From assembly GCA_010909165.1 (NCBI GenBank), contig VJWM01000272.1:62001-126000 (forward strand): a DNA stretch of 64,000 nucleotides. Reading direction: 5' to 3'. This stretch comes from Anthoceros angustus (taxonomy: Eukaryota > Plantae > Anthocerotophyta). The notes beneath the pieces are model-generated. The model had not been told where the DNA came from and did not search any database. It saw nothing but the letters and a program-made list of their open reading frames with translations. This document shows, one piece after another, positions 25,540-37,949 of the stretch. The position numbers were made by a program, and so were the translations under genes. How positions within the stretch are numbered: the stretch's first letter is position 1; every line of letters begins with the position of its first letter.

Positions 25540-28316
25540 TTACCTGGCGCAGGTGTTTCATGGAAAAATGTGTCGTTTAAATGTGACATCTTGGAATGCC
25601 ATGGTCTTGGGGTACCACCAGATGAGTTGTGGTGTGGAGGCTGCTGCTGTTGTGGTCAATGATGCAAGACAAGGGTCAAGGGTGCAAGACCTGGGTCAAG
25701 GATTCAAGAGAAGGGTCAAGTCCCGAATGGGACAACATGTGCTGGTGAGAGCCACCGACGCCGGCCGATGTCAGTCACAACAAAACTTGGATGTGATTTG
25801 TAGGAAGGAAACACGCTTGTGGATGCGTATGCAAAATGTGGGGACCTCCAGGAATGAGTCAAATGCTTGAAGACTTGCCTCTCAAAAGTAATGTGGTTCC
25901 GGGGCACACCATGATCTTGGGGTACACCTCCCAGATCCACAAGGCTGAACAGGAAGCTCTGCTCCTGTACTCACAGATGCAGCAGGAAGGTGTGGTCCCG
26001 AATTACCGCACATATGCTGTTGTCCTTAAAGCTTGCCGTAGCCTGGCAGCATGGGGTGGGCGAAATGGTGGGCATGCACTTGGATCAAGTGTGAGAGAGC
26101 AATGCCTGCGAACTGTGAAAGCTGTCCATTCCGATGTTGTGAAGGGTAAGTGCAAGTCGGACGTGTTTGTGGCCAACATGCTTGTGGATGCATACTCAAA
26201 AGTGTGGAAGTGTAGAAGATGCTAGACACGTGTTTGATAACATGCCTGTCCGTAGTGTGGTTTCTTGGACTGCCATGATTTTGGGGTACGCCCATATGCA
26301 CAAGGGTGAGGAGGCTTTGAAGTTGTACATGGAGATGCGACGAGCAGGTGTTGTTCCCAACGAGAGAACATATGTGGGTGCGCTTAAGGCCTGCAGTACC
26401 ATGGCAGAGTTGGGAGCTGATGGCGTATCTCCCAAACGCCAGTTTCTGGAACCTCTTGTGAGAGCCATCCACCAAGATGTCAAGAAGGCGAGGTTGGAGC
26501 CAAATGTGTTTGTGGGGAACATGCTGGTGGATGCTTATGCAAAATGCGGAGCCTGGAGACTGCCAGGCAGGTGTTTGAGGACATGTCTTACCGCAATGTA
26601 GTGGTATGGAATACGATGATCTTTGGTTACTCCCAGCAAGCGGGGAAGGGTGAAGAAGCTCTGCTGCTCTACAAACAGATGCAACAAGGTGGTGTGGTAG
26701 CTGATTCCCGAACATATGTCGGTGCGCTTCAGGCTTGCGGTGCCATTGCAGAACAGGAGAGAAACGAGGGTGACGGAGTTCGTGTCACAAAACAGTGCCT
26801 GGAAACCGTGACAACCATCCACAGACATGTCTTGAAGAGGAAGTTGGAGTCCGATGTATTTGTAGCAACCATGCTGGTGGACGTGTATGCCAAATGTGGA
26901 AGCCTGGAGAAGGCCAGGAAGTTGTTCGAAAACATGCCTCACCGTGATGCGGTTTCATGGAATGCCATGATCTTGGGATATGCTCAGATGCAGGAGCCTC
27001 AAGAGGCCTTGAACCTGTACGAGTTGATGAGACAGGAATCCGTGGTTCCTGACGACCGCACTTATGTTGCTGTTCTGAAGGCTTGCTGCACCCTTGCCCA
27101 ACAAGTAGGGGACAGAAAATGCATTGCCTGCAGACAGTGGCACGCATCCATGGCGATGTGGGCAAAGGACGGTTTGATTCCAACGTGTTTGTCGCAAACA
27201 TGCTCGTAAATGCGTATGCAAAATGTGGGAACCTGGAGAAGGCCCGGCTGGTGTTTGACAAGATCCCTCATCGTGATGTGGTGGCTTGGACTGCCATGGT
27301 TTTAGGGTACGCCCAGATGGACAAGGGTGAAGAAGCTTTGCACCTGTACTCGCAGATGCAACAGGAAGGTGTCCTGCCAAACGAGCGCACATTCGTGGCT
27401 GCCCTGACAGCCTGCAGCAGCGTGGCTGGACTGGAGAAGGGAAGCAAATCCACGCTCAGATCCGCGAAGCCGGTGTGGATCTCTGCGCCTCCTCCCATGT
27501 GGCCAACAGTCTGATCGACATGTATGGCAAGTGCTCCAGCATGGTGGATGCGCGGAAGGTGTTCGACGCCATTGCCACTAACGACATCGTCGCATGGAAC
27601 GCGTTGCTGTTAGGGTACGCGAAGCAAGGGCAGAGCGAGGCTGTGTTCCAATTGTTGGAGAGGATGAAGCAGGAGGAATCCATCCCAACGACATCACCTT
27701 CCTCGGCGTGCTCATGGTATGCAGTCATGTCGGCCTGATGGACACCGGCCAGAAGTTCTTGGATGCCATGAGCAGAGATTACGGCATAGATCCCTCGATC
27801 CAGCACCTCAACTGCATGGTGGATCTCCTCGGCCGCGCAGGCCGCATCCACCAAGCCATGGCCATGGTCCGCAGCATGCCCTTCCCGGCTGACATGTCCG
27901 TGTGGCGGAGCATCCTCAGCGCCTGCCAGAAGTGGCGAGCCGTGGAGCTCGGAAGGCGGGCCTTCGAATGCGCTGTTCGGCTGGATGCACGAGACGCTGC
28001 GCCGTACGTCTTCATGGCCAACATCTATCTTGCTGCCGGCATGCCGGCCATGGCGGATAAGGTTCAGGCACGGCGTGCGATGGCGCAGGCGTGGAAGGAG
28101 CCGGGGCGCAGCTGGTGGATGGACGGGACCGGGAAGGTGCATGTTTTTCTGGTGGCGGATGCTGGACATCCCGAGAGCGAGGGCATTTACGCCAAATTAG
28201 ACGACATTGTTGCCTCTCTTCGCCGAAACCTGATTTCGTGTAGAGACTTTTCCCTTCAGTGCTTCTCCGTTCGTGACGAAATGAGGTCACGGAAGGAGAA
28301 GCATCAAACGGCATAG
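25540..28316 (+). CDS. PLS-class PPR protein with E/E+ extension (organellar RNA-editing factor type), frameshifted as assembled
   Basis: Repeated DVFVANMLVDAYAKCGSLEKARxxFxxMPxRDxVSWNAMILGYAQ units. E domain HLNCMVDLLGRAG...VWRSILSACQKW...APYVFMANIY. PG box WKEPGRSWW...VHVFLVADAGHPESEGIYAKL. No HxE/CxxC deaminase motif. Confidence 0.9.
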
Positions 28317-28389
28317 TTTCTTGCCCGCCTCCTTCGAGTTCTTCTTTTCGTCCTCTTTGGCTGTCGGAGCTTTCGTCGAGGTGCTGGCT

Positions 28390-29376
28390 ATGGCGGCGGA
28401 GGAAGGGAAGGCGCGGCCGGGGGTGCTGCTGGCGGTGCGGGTGAGCGAGTACCTGGAGAAGGCGCTGGAGAGCAGGTACGCGCTGCACCGGCTGTACGCG
28501 GCGCCATTGAGGGAGGCGGAGCGGGCGGAGTGGCTTGGCGCCATCGCTCCGGCGGTGCGCGCGGTGGTCGGCAGCGCGGCGGGCGCGGCCTCTGCAGAGC
28601 TCATCGCGCAGCTGCCGGCGCTGGAGCTGGTGGCGTGCAACAGCGTGGGAACGGACAAGGTGCATCTTCCGAGCTGCAAGGAGCGGGGGATCGCGGTGAG
28701 CAACACGCCGGACGTGCTCACAGACGACTGCGCGGATTTGGCTTTGGCTCTGATGCTGACTTCCTCCCGCCGCCTGGTGGCCGCGGACGGCTACCTGCGG
28801 CAGGGGCTGTGGGAGGCGCAGGGGGACTTCCCGCTGGCGACCAAGGTGTCAGGGAAGCGGGTAGGGATCGTGGGGCTGGGCCGCATCGGGTTGGCTGTGG
28901 CCTCCCGGGCGCGCGCCTTCGGGTGCGCCATCTCTTACCACGGCCGGGGCCGAAAACAGGAGGCGGACTCGCAGGGTTTCCGCTTCTTTGACAGCGCGGA
29001 GGGCCTGGCGCGGGAGTCGGACTTCCTCGTCCTCTGCTGCCCGCTCACCAGGGACACCGCGGGGCTGGTGGACAGGAAGGTGCTTGACGCGCTTGGCCCC
29101 AAAGGCACGCTCATCAACATCGCGCGTGGTCCCGTGGTGGACGAGCCGGAGCTGGTGCTGGCCCTGCTGGAGGGCCGCCTCGGCGCCGCGGGCTTGGATG
29201 TCTACCAGGACGAGCCCCGCGTGCCGAAGGCGCTGTGCGGGTTGGACAATGTTGTGCTGCTCCCGCATGTGGCCAGCGCGACTGTGGAGACTCGCACAGC
29301 CATGGCTGACCTCGTGTTGGAGAACTTGGCCGCGCATTTCGCAGGGAAACCGCTCATTACACCTCTCGATTTCTAG
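28390..29376 (+). CDS. HPPR: Hydroxyphenylpyruvate reductase / glyoxylate-hydroxypyruvate reductase (D-2-hydroxyacid dehydrogenase family)
   Basis: Intact ORF with SVGTDKV, VSNTPDVLTDDCADLA, the Rossmann motif VGIVGLGRIG, LINIARG, GLDVYQDEP and LPHVASATVETR. ATG at 28390. Confidence 0.93.
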   Translation: MAAEEGKARPGVLLAVRVSEYLEKALESRYALHRLYAAPLREAERAEWLGAIAPAVRAVVGSAAGAASAELIAQLPALELVACNSVGTDKVHLPSCKERGIAVSNTPDVLTDDCADLALALMLTSSRRLVAADGYLRQGLWEAQGDFPLATKVSGKRVGIVGLGRIGLAVASRARAFGCAISYHGRGRKQEADSQGFRFFDSAEGLARESDFLVLCCPLTRDTAGLVDRKVLDALGPKGTLINIARGPVVDEPELVLALLEGRLGAAGLDVYQDEPRVPKALCGLDNVVLLPHVASATVETRTAMADLVLENLAAHFAGKPLITPLDF

Positions 29377-29449
29377 GTCATTCCAGTAGAGTTACATCGG
29401 TGGCATACGTTCCTATGAAGACGCACATCTGAGGAATGCTAGGATTGTA

Positions 29450-29865
29450 CTATATGGAAACACTGTTCGGCACACCTCTCCCTGTCACGCCAGGCACCAC
29501 CACTTGCTTGCCGTTCTTCTCCACGAACTCCGTCCGCGGGTGCAGCAGGAGGTAGGGGATGACGGCTGCGCCGGTCCTCAGCTTCAGATCCGGGTTCCTG
29601 TTCCTGCGATCTATTTCCGCTCCGACGGCCTGGATGGCGGAGGAGAATCTGTCCATGGCTGCCAGGGCGCGCTCGTCTTCCGTCCAGTGCGCAGGCCGCT
29701 CGCCGATGAATTCCTCGTCTCTAGAATGGGTCGACAGCAGCTGCACTGTGGACATCAACTTGGTCGCCTGCACCTGGTTGGGGAGGGTTGCCAGGAAAAA
29801 CGTCTCCGGTCTGGCCAGGAAGGCTTCGTATTCTGGAGAGTTCTCTTCGGGAATGAGTATGTTTC
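29450..29865 (-). pseudogene. LOX: Lipoxygenase C-terminal region; the upstream part is displaced by a transposon
   Basis: LIPEENSPEYEAFL...LSTHSRDEEFIGER...EIDRRNRNPDLKLRTGAAVIPYLLLHP...GVTGRGVPNSVSI* includes the terminal iron-ligand Ile motif. Confidence 0.9.
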
Positions 29866-32850
29866 AGGCACAATCATGTGCGCGCCGCGAAGTTAACCCC
29901 TGGCTTGGCTAACCACAGGTTAACTAACTGCGGGTTGAAGGTTAAGTGTAGGTTTCCGTTATAGCCCTTATTTCAAGCCGTACGTTCGGTAATTAACATT
30001 GGCGACTACTATAACGGGTTAAACCTGCCACCATAATCATCTATGGATATTTTAAGGTTCAAATGAAGGTGGACAACTGCGGAATACGAAGCTCTCCTTC
30101 CTCTCAGAGTTGCCTGACATTCGCTGCAAAGTTTGAAGAGCTAGCGAAATGCACAACGCTTCTCCACCCTATTCTTGCGGTCGCATGCCCTGTGGCGATT
30201 GGAAGGTTAAGTGTAGGTTTCCGTTATAGCCCTTATTTCAAGCCGTACGTTCGGTAATTAACATTGGCGACTGCTATAACGGGTTAAACCTGCCACCATA
30301 ATCATCTATGGATATTTTAAGGTTCAAACGAAGGTGGACAAATGCGAATCTGAAGCTCTTCCTCTCGAGTTGCGACATTCGCTCGAAGTTTGAAGAGCTA
30401 GCGAAATGCACAACTTCTCCACCCTATTCTTGCGGTCGCATGCGGGCGATTGGAAGGCCATAGCGGCGCGATGGGCGGTCTGGACAATGTATCACGCATA
30501 GATGGTTTGCGGTGCGCCGCCTTGTCAGATCAAGGCTGCCGAAGGTGGAGAAGGTGACAATCATGGACACCACTCCGAGCATGGAAGGCATCAAGGTCTC
30601 ATGTCGATACAACTCCGATGGAGAAGGGATAGAATGTAGGCCAAGGATTCGAGACCACGCCAATCCGGATTAGGAATCCAACATTGGTGAAGATGGAACG
30701 CGATGCGAAATTGTTTCTTCATCGATCCATGGAGGAGGTGGGGATGACAGCTGCGCCGGTCCTCAGCTTCAGGTCCGGGTTCCTGTTCCTGCGATCTATT
30801 TCCGCTCCGACGGCCTGGATGGCGGAGGAGAATCTGTCCAAGGCTGCCAGGGCGCGCTCGTCTTCCGTCCAGTGCGCAGGCCGCTCGCCGATGAATTCCT
30901 CGTCTCTAGAATGGGTCGACAGCAGCTGCACTGTGGACATCAACTTGGTCGCCTGCACCTGGTTGGGGAGGGTTGCCAGGAAAAACGTCTCCGGTCTGGC
31001 CAGGAAGGCTTCGTATTCTGGAGAGTTCTCTTCGGGAATGAGTATGTTTCAGGCACAATCATGTGCGCCGCGAAGTTAACCCCTGGCGGCTAACCGCAGG
31101 TTAACTAACTGCGGGTTGAAGTGTAGGTTTCCGTTATAGCCCTTATTTCAAGCCGTACGTCTGGTAATTAACATTGGCGACTGCTATAACGGGTTAAACC
31201 TGCCACCATAATCATCTATGGATATTTTAAGGTTCAAACGAAGGTGGACAAAATACGAAGCTCTCCTTCCTCTCGAGTTGCGACATTCGCAAAGTTTGAA
31301 GAGCTAGCGAAATGCAACGCTTCTCCACCCTATTCTTGCGGTCGCATGCCCTGTGGCGATTGGAAGGTTAAGTGTAGGTTTCCGTTATAGCCCTTATTTC
31401 AAGCCGTACGTTCGGTAATTAACATTGGCGACTGCTATAACGGGTTAAACCTGCCACCATAATCATCTATGGATATTTTAAGGTTCAAACGAAGGTGGAC
31501 AAATGCGAATCTGAAGCTCTTCCTCTCGAGTTGCGACATTCGCTCGAAGTTTGAAGAGCTAGCGAAATGCACAACTTCTCCACCCTATTCTTGCGGTCGC
31601 ATGCGGGCGATTGGAAGGCCATAGCGGCGCGATGGATGGTCCGTGGACAATGTATCACGCATAGATGGTTTGCGGTGCGCCGCCTTGTCAGATCAAGGCT
31701 GCCGAAGGTGGAGAAGGTGACAATCATGGACACCACTCCGAGCATGGAAGGCATCGGAAGGTCTCATGTCGATACAACTCCGATGGAGAAGGGATAGAAT
31801 GTAGGCCAAGGATTCTCGAGACCACGCCAATCCGGATTAGAATCCAACATTGGTCAAGATGGAACGCGATGCGAAATTGTTTCTTCATCGATCCATGGAG
31901 GAGGTGGGGATGACAGCTGCGCCGGTCCTCAGCTTCAGGTCCGGGTTCCTGTTCCTGCGATCTATTTCCGCTCCGACGGCCTGGATGGCGGAGGAGAATC
32001 TGTCCATGGCTGCCAGGGCGCGCTCGTCTTCCGTCCAGTGCGCAGGCCGCTCGCCGATGAATTCCTCGTCTCTAGAATGGGTCGACAGCAGCTGCACTGT
32101 GGACATCAACTTGGTCGCCTGCACCTGGTTGGGGAGGGTTGCCAGGAAAAACGTCTCCGGTCTGGCCAGGAAGGCTTCGTATTCTGGAGAGTTCTCTTCG
32201 GGAATGAGTATGTTTCCAGGGCACAATCATGTGCGCGCCGCGAAGTTAACCCCTGGCTTGGCTAACCGCAGGTTAACTAACTGCGGGTTGAAGGTTAAGT
32301 GTAGGTTTCCGTTATAGCCCTTATTTCAAGCCGTACGTTCGGTAATTAACATTGGCGACTGCTATAACGGGTTAAACCTGCCACCATAATCATCTATGGA
32401 TATTTTAAGGTTCAAACGAAGGTGGACAAATGCAGAATACGAAGCTCTCCTTCCTCTCAGAGTTGCCTGACATTCGCTGCGAAGTTTGAAGAGCTAGCGA
32501 AATGCAGAACGCTTCTCCACCCTATTCTTGCGGTCGCATGCCCCAGGGGCGATTGGAAGGCCATAGCGGCGATGGATGGGCGGTCTGGACAATGTATCAC
32601 GCATAGATGGTTTGCAGGTAGCTGCCTTGCCTTCGTATTCTGCGTCGTCGCGGAAGGTGGAGAAGGTGACAATCATGGACACCACTCCAGAGCATGGAAG
32701 GCATCGGAAGGTCTCAATCGATACAACTCCGATGGAGAAGGGATAGAATGTAGGCCAAGGATTACGACCACGCCAATCCGGATTAGGAATCCAACATTGG
32801 TGAAGATGGAGCGGCAGTGAGTTTCTTCATCGCTCCATGGAGGTCGGGAA
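29545..32850. repeat. Three tandem ~1.17-kb units of LOX fragment plus transposon end, with internal ~270-bp sub-duplications
   Basis: The LOX segment is repeated at ~29550, 30735 and 31900. gcacaatcatgtgcgc occurs at ~29867, 31053 and 32221. Confidence 0.88.
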
Positions 32851-33630
32851 TGATGGGACCGAATTTTGCGGGAATGAGGATGCGGGCACGAACACCAGCG
32901 GTGGCATCCGAGCCATTCACGTAAACGCCGAGTCAACATTGCGGTGAAGCATAGACATTATCCAAGCCGAGATTGAAGAGGACCATGAAGTCAGCATTGA
33001 AGAAATACATAACGCATGGTCTTCGCATTGTCAGCGCAGTTGTTTGTCGCAATTGGGAAAGAAGAATATAGAGAGCCTCGATATCGCTTCTTGGGATTGC
33101 CTCGAACAAGCAGGAAATATATTTGCAAGGATTGCTCGAGGTAGAACAAGCAACCTCCGGTCGCAATGTTCTCAATTTTCTCCGAGAGAAGTTGCAATGT
33201 TGTGTACAAGTTTCGAAAAGTGTTCGCATTGGATGGCGAAGGTATGAACATTTGAAACAGAGAGTACTAACGAACACACCATGGTCATCGAATTGAAGTT
33301 CCAAGGACGCCAATCAAGATCATGTTCGGAATGCATTGCTTGGATGGAAAAGTTTTCAAGCTAACGCATGCCCAATGTTTGATTTTCAACTTGCGATTCA
33401 TATACCAAAGGAGAGATATTCCGTGACTACAAACGGAGGTTTCAAGAGTCGGTTTGACCAACGCCTCTCATTCTCACTGCCTTATGGAAGAAACATTTTC
33501 CAAAAGTGAAGATACCAAAGTGTAGTTTTCAAAATGCGTCCAATGCGAACGTTGAAGACAAATGCATACGAAGCTCTCCTTCCTCTCAGAGTTGCCTGAC
33601 ATTCGCTGCGAAGTTTGAAGAGCTAGCGAA

Positions 33631-36400
33631 ATGCACAACGCTTCTCCACCCTATTCTTGCGGTCGCATGTCCCAGGGGCGATTGGAAGGCCATAAGCGAG
33701 CGCGATGGACAGGGTCTGTGGACAATGTATCACGCATAGATGGTTTGCAGGTAGCTGCCTTGCCTTCGTATTCTGCGTCGTCGCGGAAGGTGGAGAAGGT
33801 GACAATCATGGACACCACTCCAGAGCACGGAAGGCATCATAAGGTCTCTGTAATCAATACAACTCCCGATGGAGAAGGGATAGAATGTAGGCCAAGGATT
33901 CTGGAGACCACGCCAATCCCCGGGATTAGGAATCCAAGATTGGCTGAAGATGGAACGCGACAGCGGAAATTGTTTCTTCATCGATCCATGGAGGAGGTCG
34001 GGAATGATGGGACCGAATTTTGCAGGAATGAGGATGCGGGCACAGAACACCACGGCAGTGGCATCCAGGCCGAGCCATTCACAGAAACGTCGAGTCAACA
34101 TTGCACGGTGAAGCGTAGACATTATCCAAGCCGGAGATTGAAGAGGACCATGAAGATGTGCAGCATTGAAGAGATACATAACGCATGGTCTGCGCATTGC
34201 TGTAGCGCAGGTTGTTTGCTGCAATTGGGAAAGAAGAATATAGAGAGCCTCAGATATCGCTTCTTGGGATTGCCTCGAGAACAGCAGGAAATATATTTGC
34301 AAGGATTGCTCGAGGTAGAACAAGCAACCTCCGGTCGCAATGTTCTCAATTTTCTCCGAGAGAAGTTGCAATGTTGTGTACAAGTTTCGAAAAGTGTTCG
34401 CATTGGATGGCGAAGGTATGAACATTTGAAACAGAGAGTACTAACGAACACACCATGGTCATCGGAATTGAAGTTCCAAGGACGCCCAATCAAGATCATG
34501 TTCGGAATGCATTGCTTGGATGGAAAAGTTTTCAAGCTAACGCATGCCCAATGTTTGATTTTCAACTTGCGATTCATATACCAAAGGAGAGATATTCCGT
34601 GACTACAAACGGGAGGTTTCAAGAGTCGGTTTGACCAACGCCTCTCATTCTCACTGCCTTATGGAAGAAACATTTTCCAAAAGTGAAGATACCAAAGTGT
34701 AGTTTTCAAAATCGTCCAATGCGAACGTTGAAGACTGCATCGAGATGACCAGAACCGACAAGAACAAGGTATTTCATATCGAGTTCCTTTTGACTTCCAT
34801 GGAATCATGAGCACTCCACCGCCTCTAGACTCGCCGCCCACTGCCGGGTGCGCTTGTGCGCGACCCGCGTAGAATCGCACGCGCGCCGATCACACAGGAT
34901 GCACCAAATCACCGCAAACCGGGCACAGATTGCGCGCCCCACGCAGCGGAGGCCGCAGACGGCGTGGCGCCAAGACCAGGCTGGGTCTTGGTGCGTGCAA
35001 GGCGCGCAAGACGCTCACAAGACCGTGTCAGCCCGGCGCAAGATATGGGCTCGGGTCCATGCACGCGCGGTACCAAGGACAAACTTCGACCATGTGATCC
35101 ATTTCATCGTGATGAGGTCCATGAGCAGCACCTCCGTGAACATCGGTCGGCGATCAAGCAGGAGCGACTAAAACTTGCAAAACATCGCTTGAAGTGTAAA
35201 GGCCAACCGAGCAAATACATTGGAATGGCGATAGGCAGGATGGACCAAAGCAAGACGAGCTCCACATTTTCCCCGCCTCCAAAGGATTTTGCGATGGTCT
35301 CATTCCGGTCCATGTTGTGGGTTGTTTGGTATACAACAACATTATGAAGACCGGTGTTTGTGAACTTCCCGAATATTCGGAACGACGCCAACTTAACTAT
35401 TCATATCATCCAGGATGTTATTCTCACCTATGAGACGGTTCTGCCGAAGACGTTTTACTTGCAACTGGACAACACGGCCAGAGAAAACAAGAATATGTTG
35501 TTGTTTGCATACTTAAGTATGCTTGTCGAGAAGCGGGTCTTCGATAAGGTGAAGGTGGGCTTTCTTCTTGTCGGGCACACGCATGATGCAGTTGATCAAA
35601 TGTTCTCATGCTTTTCTAAAAGTCTCAGGCACAAAAAAGCAATGTCACTCGAAACCCTTATGAGTTTGATTCATCAGGCTTATACACCCAATCCGGAAGT
35701 GAAAATGGTTTCCGAGGTGGCCGATTTCAGGAGCTTTGTCTGGCCCAATGGGATGGGTAAAAGAGGGACACGAGATGCAGCGGTAAGAAATTTGCACAAT
35801 CATAGTTATCAGCATCAATTCAAAATTTCAAGGGAAGAAAGAGCTGGCGGCGCCACTGTAACAGTTCTTCGTGGCAAGGCACTTTCTACTTGTTCGCATT
35901 GGGAACCGTTGGAGGGTTTGGAGTTCCTTCGGAGAATACCTGAAATAGATATAAGGGGAGCGCCTTTATGTCCACTTCAACTGCATGGGAAACCCGCGGA
36001 CGCCGACCCGCATAAATCATTGGCAGCCATTAGGAAAGCCCTCGAAGGACCGATGCAAAAATATCTATCTCTGGAAGACAAAGTATGATGGAACTCATTC
36101 GGCATCACAATGTATGGCAAAATCGAGGAGGAGTCCATCGAGATCTTCAAAAGCATGGGAGTGGTACAACAGGACGAGGCCGAGCGGAACTTAAATCCCA
36201 TTGACGCTCCAGATGTCTTTGTCATTCGCCCCCCGCGAACCTCGAAACTGGCCACATGTATGTCGGGAATTTTAGGCCACCGGGAGCCGCAGCCCATCGA
36301 GTTGGCGAGATTCGATGGGGATGTGTCCGAGATCGACGAGGCCATATGATTGCAGTCCCATGTGAGATGATTTATCGTAACAGCCTTCTTGCGTGTAAGA
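33631..36400 (+). mobile_element. Sola-like DDD/DDE transposase (DUF7869-type), frameshifted; a degenerate duplicate of its 5' part lies at ~32430-33560
   Basis: N-terminal HCCSAGCL...RYRFLGL. Catalytic-type motifs IGMAI..MDQSKT, FYLQLDNTARENKN and FLLVGHTHDAVDQMFS. The superfamily assignment is from motif recall. Confidence 0.7.
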
Positions 36401-37949
36401 CTTGGATTTCTTATGTGACGAACCTTACCTAGTTGTCCAGGGTGACAGAATAGCAATGCGCTTGAGGGAAGGTACCTACCGAGGAGATATTGGCTCCACA
36501 CAATGTTGATAGAGAGGGTTTATATAACGGAGGAAGCGACCCAAGCACCGGATCGATCGCTGATATCGGAGACATTTATTTTGGCATACTGGTTCTCGTT
36601 TGCAAGGGATAGCACTCCCTACTAGAAAAGGCAGCCTATGTTACACTTATGTTAAGATTTGGACCCCGGATGTAACACTTATGTTGCAATTTTGGGGTCA
36701 TGTAACACTTTTGGGCGCTTGTTACACTTTGGCTTGGAAACCAAACCGAGTGTTTGTTGCAACCATGTTGCAAGTGTGTTGCAATTTTGTTGAGATGAAG
36801 TGAGAGGCGCTTTTGTCCTCTCTCAAGATTGCAACACGGTTGTAATATATAAAGTGTTACAAGAAAAGTCTTGTAACACTTTTGGAGGCTTGCACCAACC
36901 TCCTCCCCATCTACCTTCCTCCTTTACTACATTTACCATATAGAATACTTGGTTTCCCTTATTACCTCGTATGAATACATATAAATAAATACATGTATGC
37001 ATACAGCCTTCGTAGAATACTGGTATTGGTAATATGCCATATACGACAATTTCCTGTGACATACGGTTATATTTCATTTTGTATAAAACACAGTTATACG
37101 ACACACTGATAACGTACGTAAATTGTACACGTCCAGGATACTATACTTTGTATTCATCATTCCTGAAAACCTGTACGGATACATACATCCCACATTTCAC
37201 CCCAGCGGCCTATTTTTGTGTATCCGGTGTCGCGCAACCTACCTTCTCTAGCGGGCGTTACGTGCGGCTTGTCCCCATGCCCATCGGCTTCTTGCCATGG
37301 CTCGCCCACCCTTCTTATCAATTTACTACTTTGTCCTTCCGCCTAGGAGTTTGCTTTTGCGCCTGCGGGTTCTTTCGCTCCATACAGGCGCTTCTTCATT
37401 TCTAATTTCCTACTCCTCATCGTATGCATGAGAAGGAAACCTCCTACAACCCCTGCTTTTGCGATTTTCTTCCTCCCTTCCTCTTGCGTCGTCTCACACC
37501 GCCTTTCCCTTTCCATCGCATCCACCTCCCTTCCCTTCTCCCCTCCGCACGCACCCACGTACAAACATCGCAGCATGCCCTTCAAGACATGTGCATATAG
37601 TGGTGTGCACAACGACCTTCAATTGCTTACCTTCCCGCACCCCATCTTTTCTTATGTACCTCTTGCCCACATCCACACCACCACCTCCTTCCATCCTCGC
37701 TCACTGTGGCGGCCCGTGCCCGTCACACGGCCCCGCCTCCCCTCCCCTCCCCTCCCCGCCTCTTTCGGCCTCCACCTTTTGTCACGGTGGCGTAGCCTCC
37801 AATGGGGCCCTGTGGAGGTCCATGCGCATCGGAGTGCGCTGTATGTGTCTGCACGGTTAGGCACGCCTCAATGTCGCCCCTTCCTCATACTGCGCCTTTG
37901 TTGTTTCGTTGCGCCATCAAGTACCCCTTTGCTGCCTCTTTCTCCTCCC

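Noticed and set aside
28321-29376. Bacterial gene or contaminant, and the 351-aa TTG-start ORF
   Set aside because: Motifs fit plant HPPR/HPR2 and the gene is flanked by plant PPR and LOX sequence. The ATG at 28390 is the plausible eukaryotic start.
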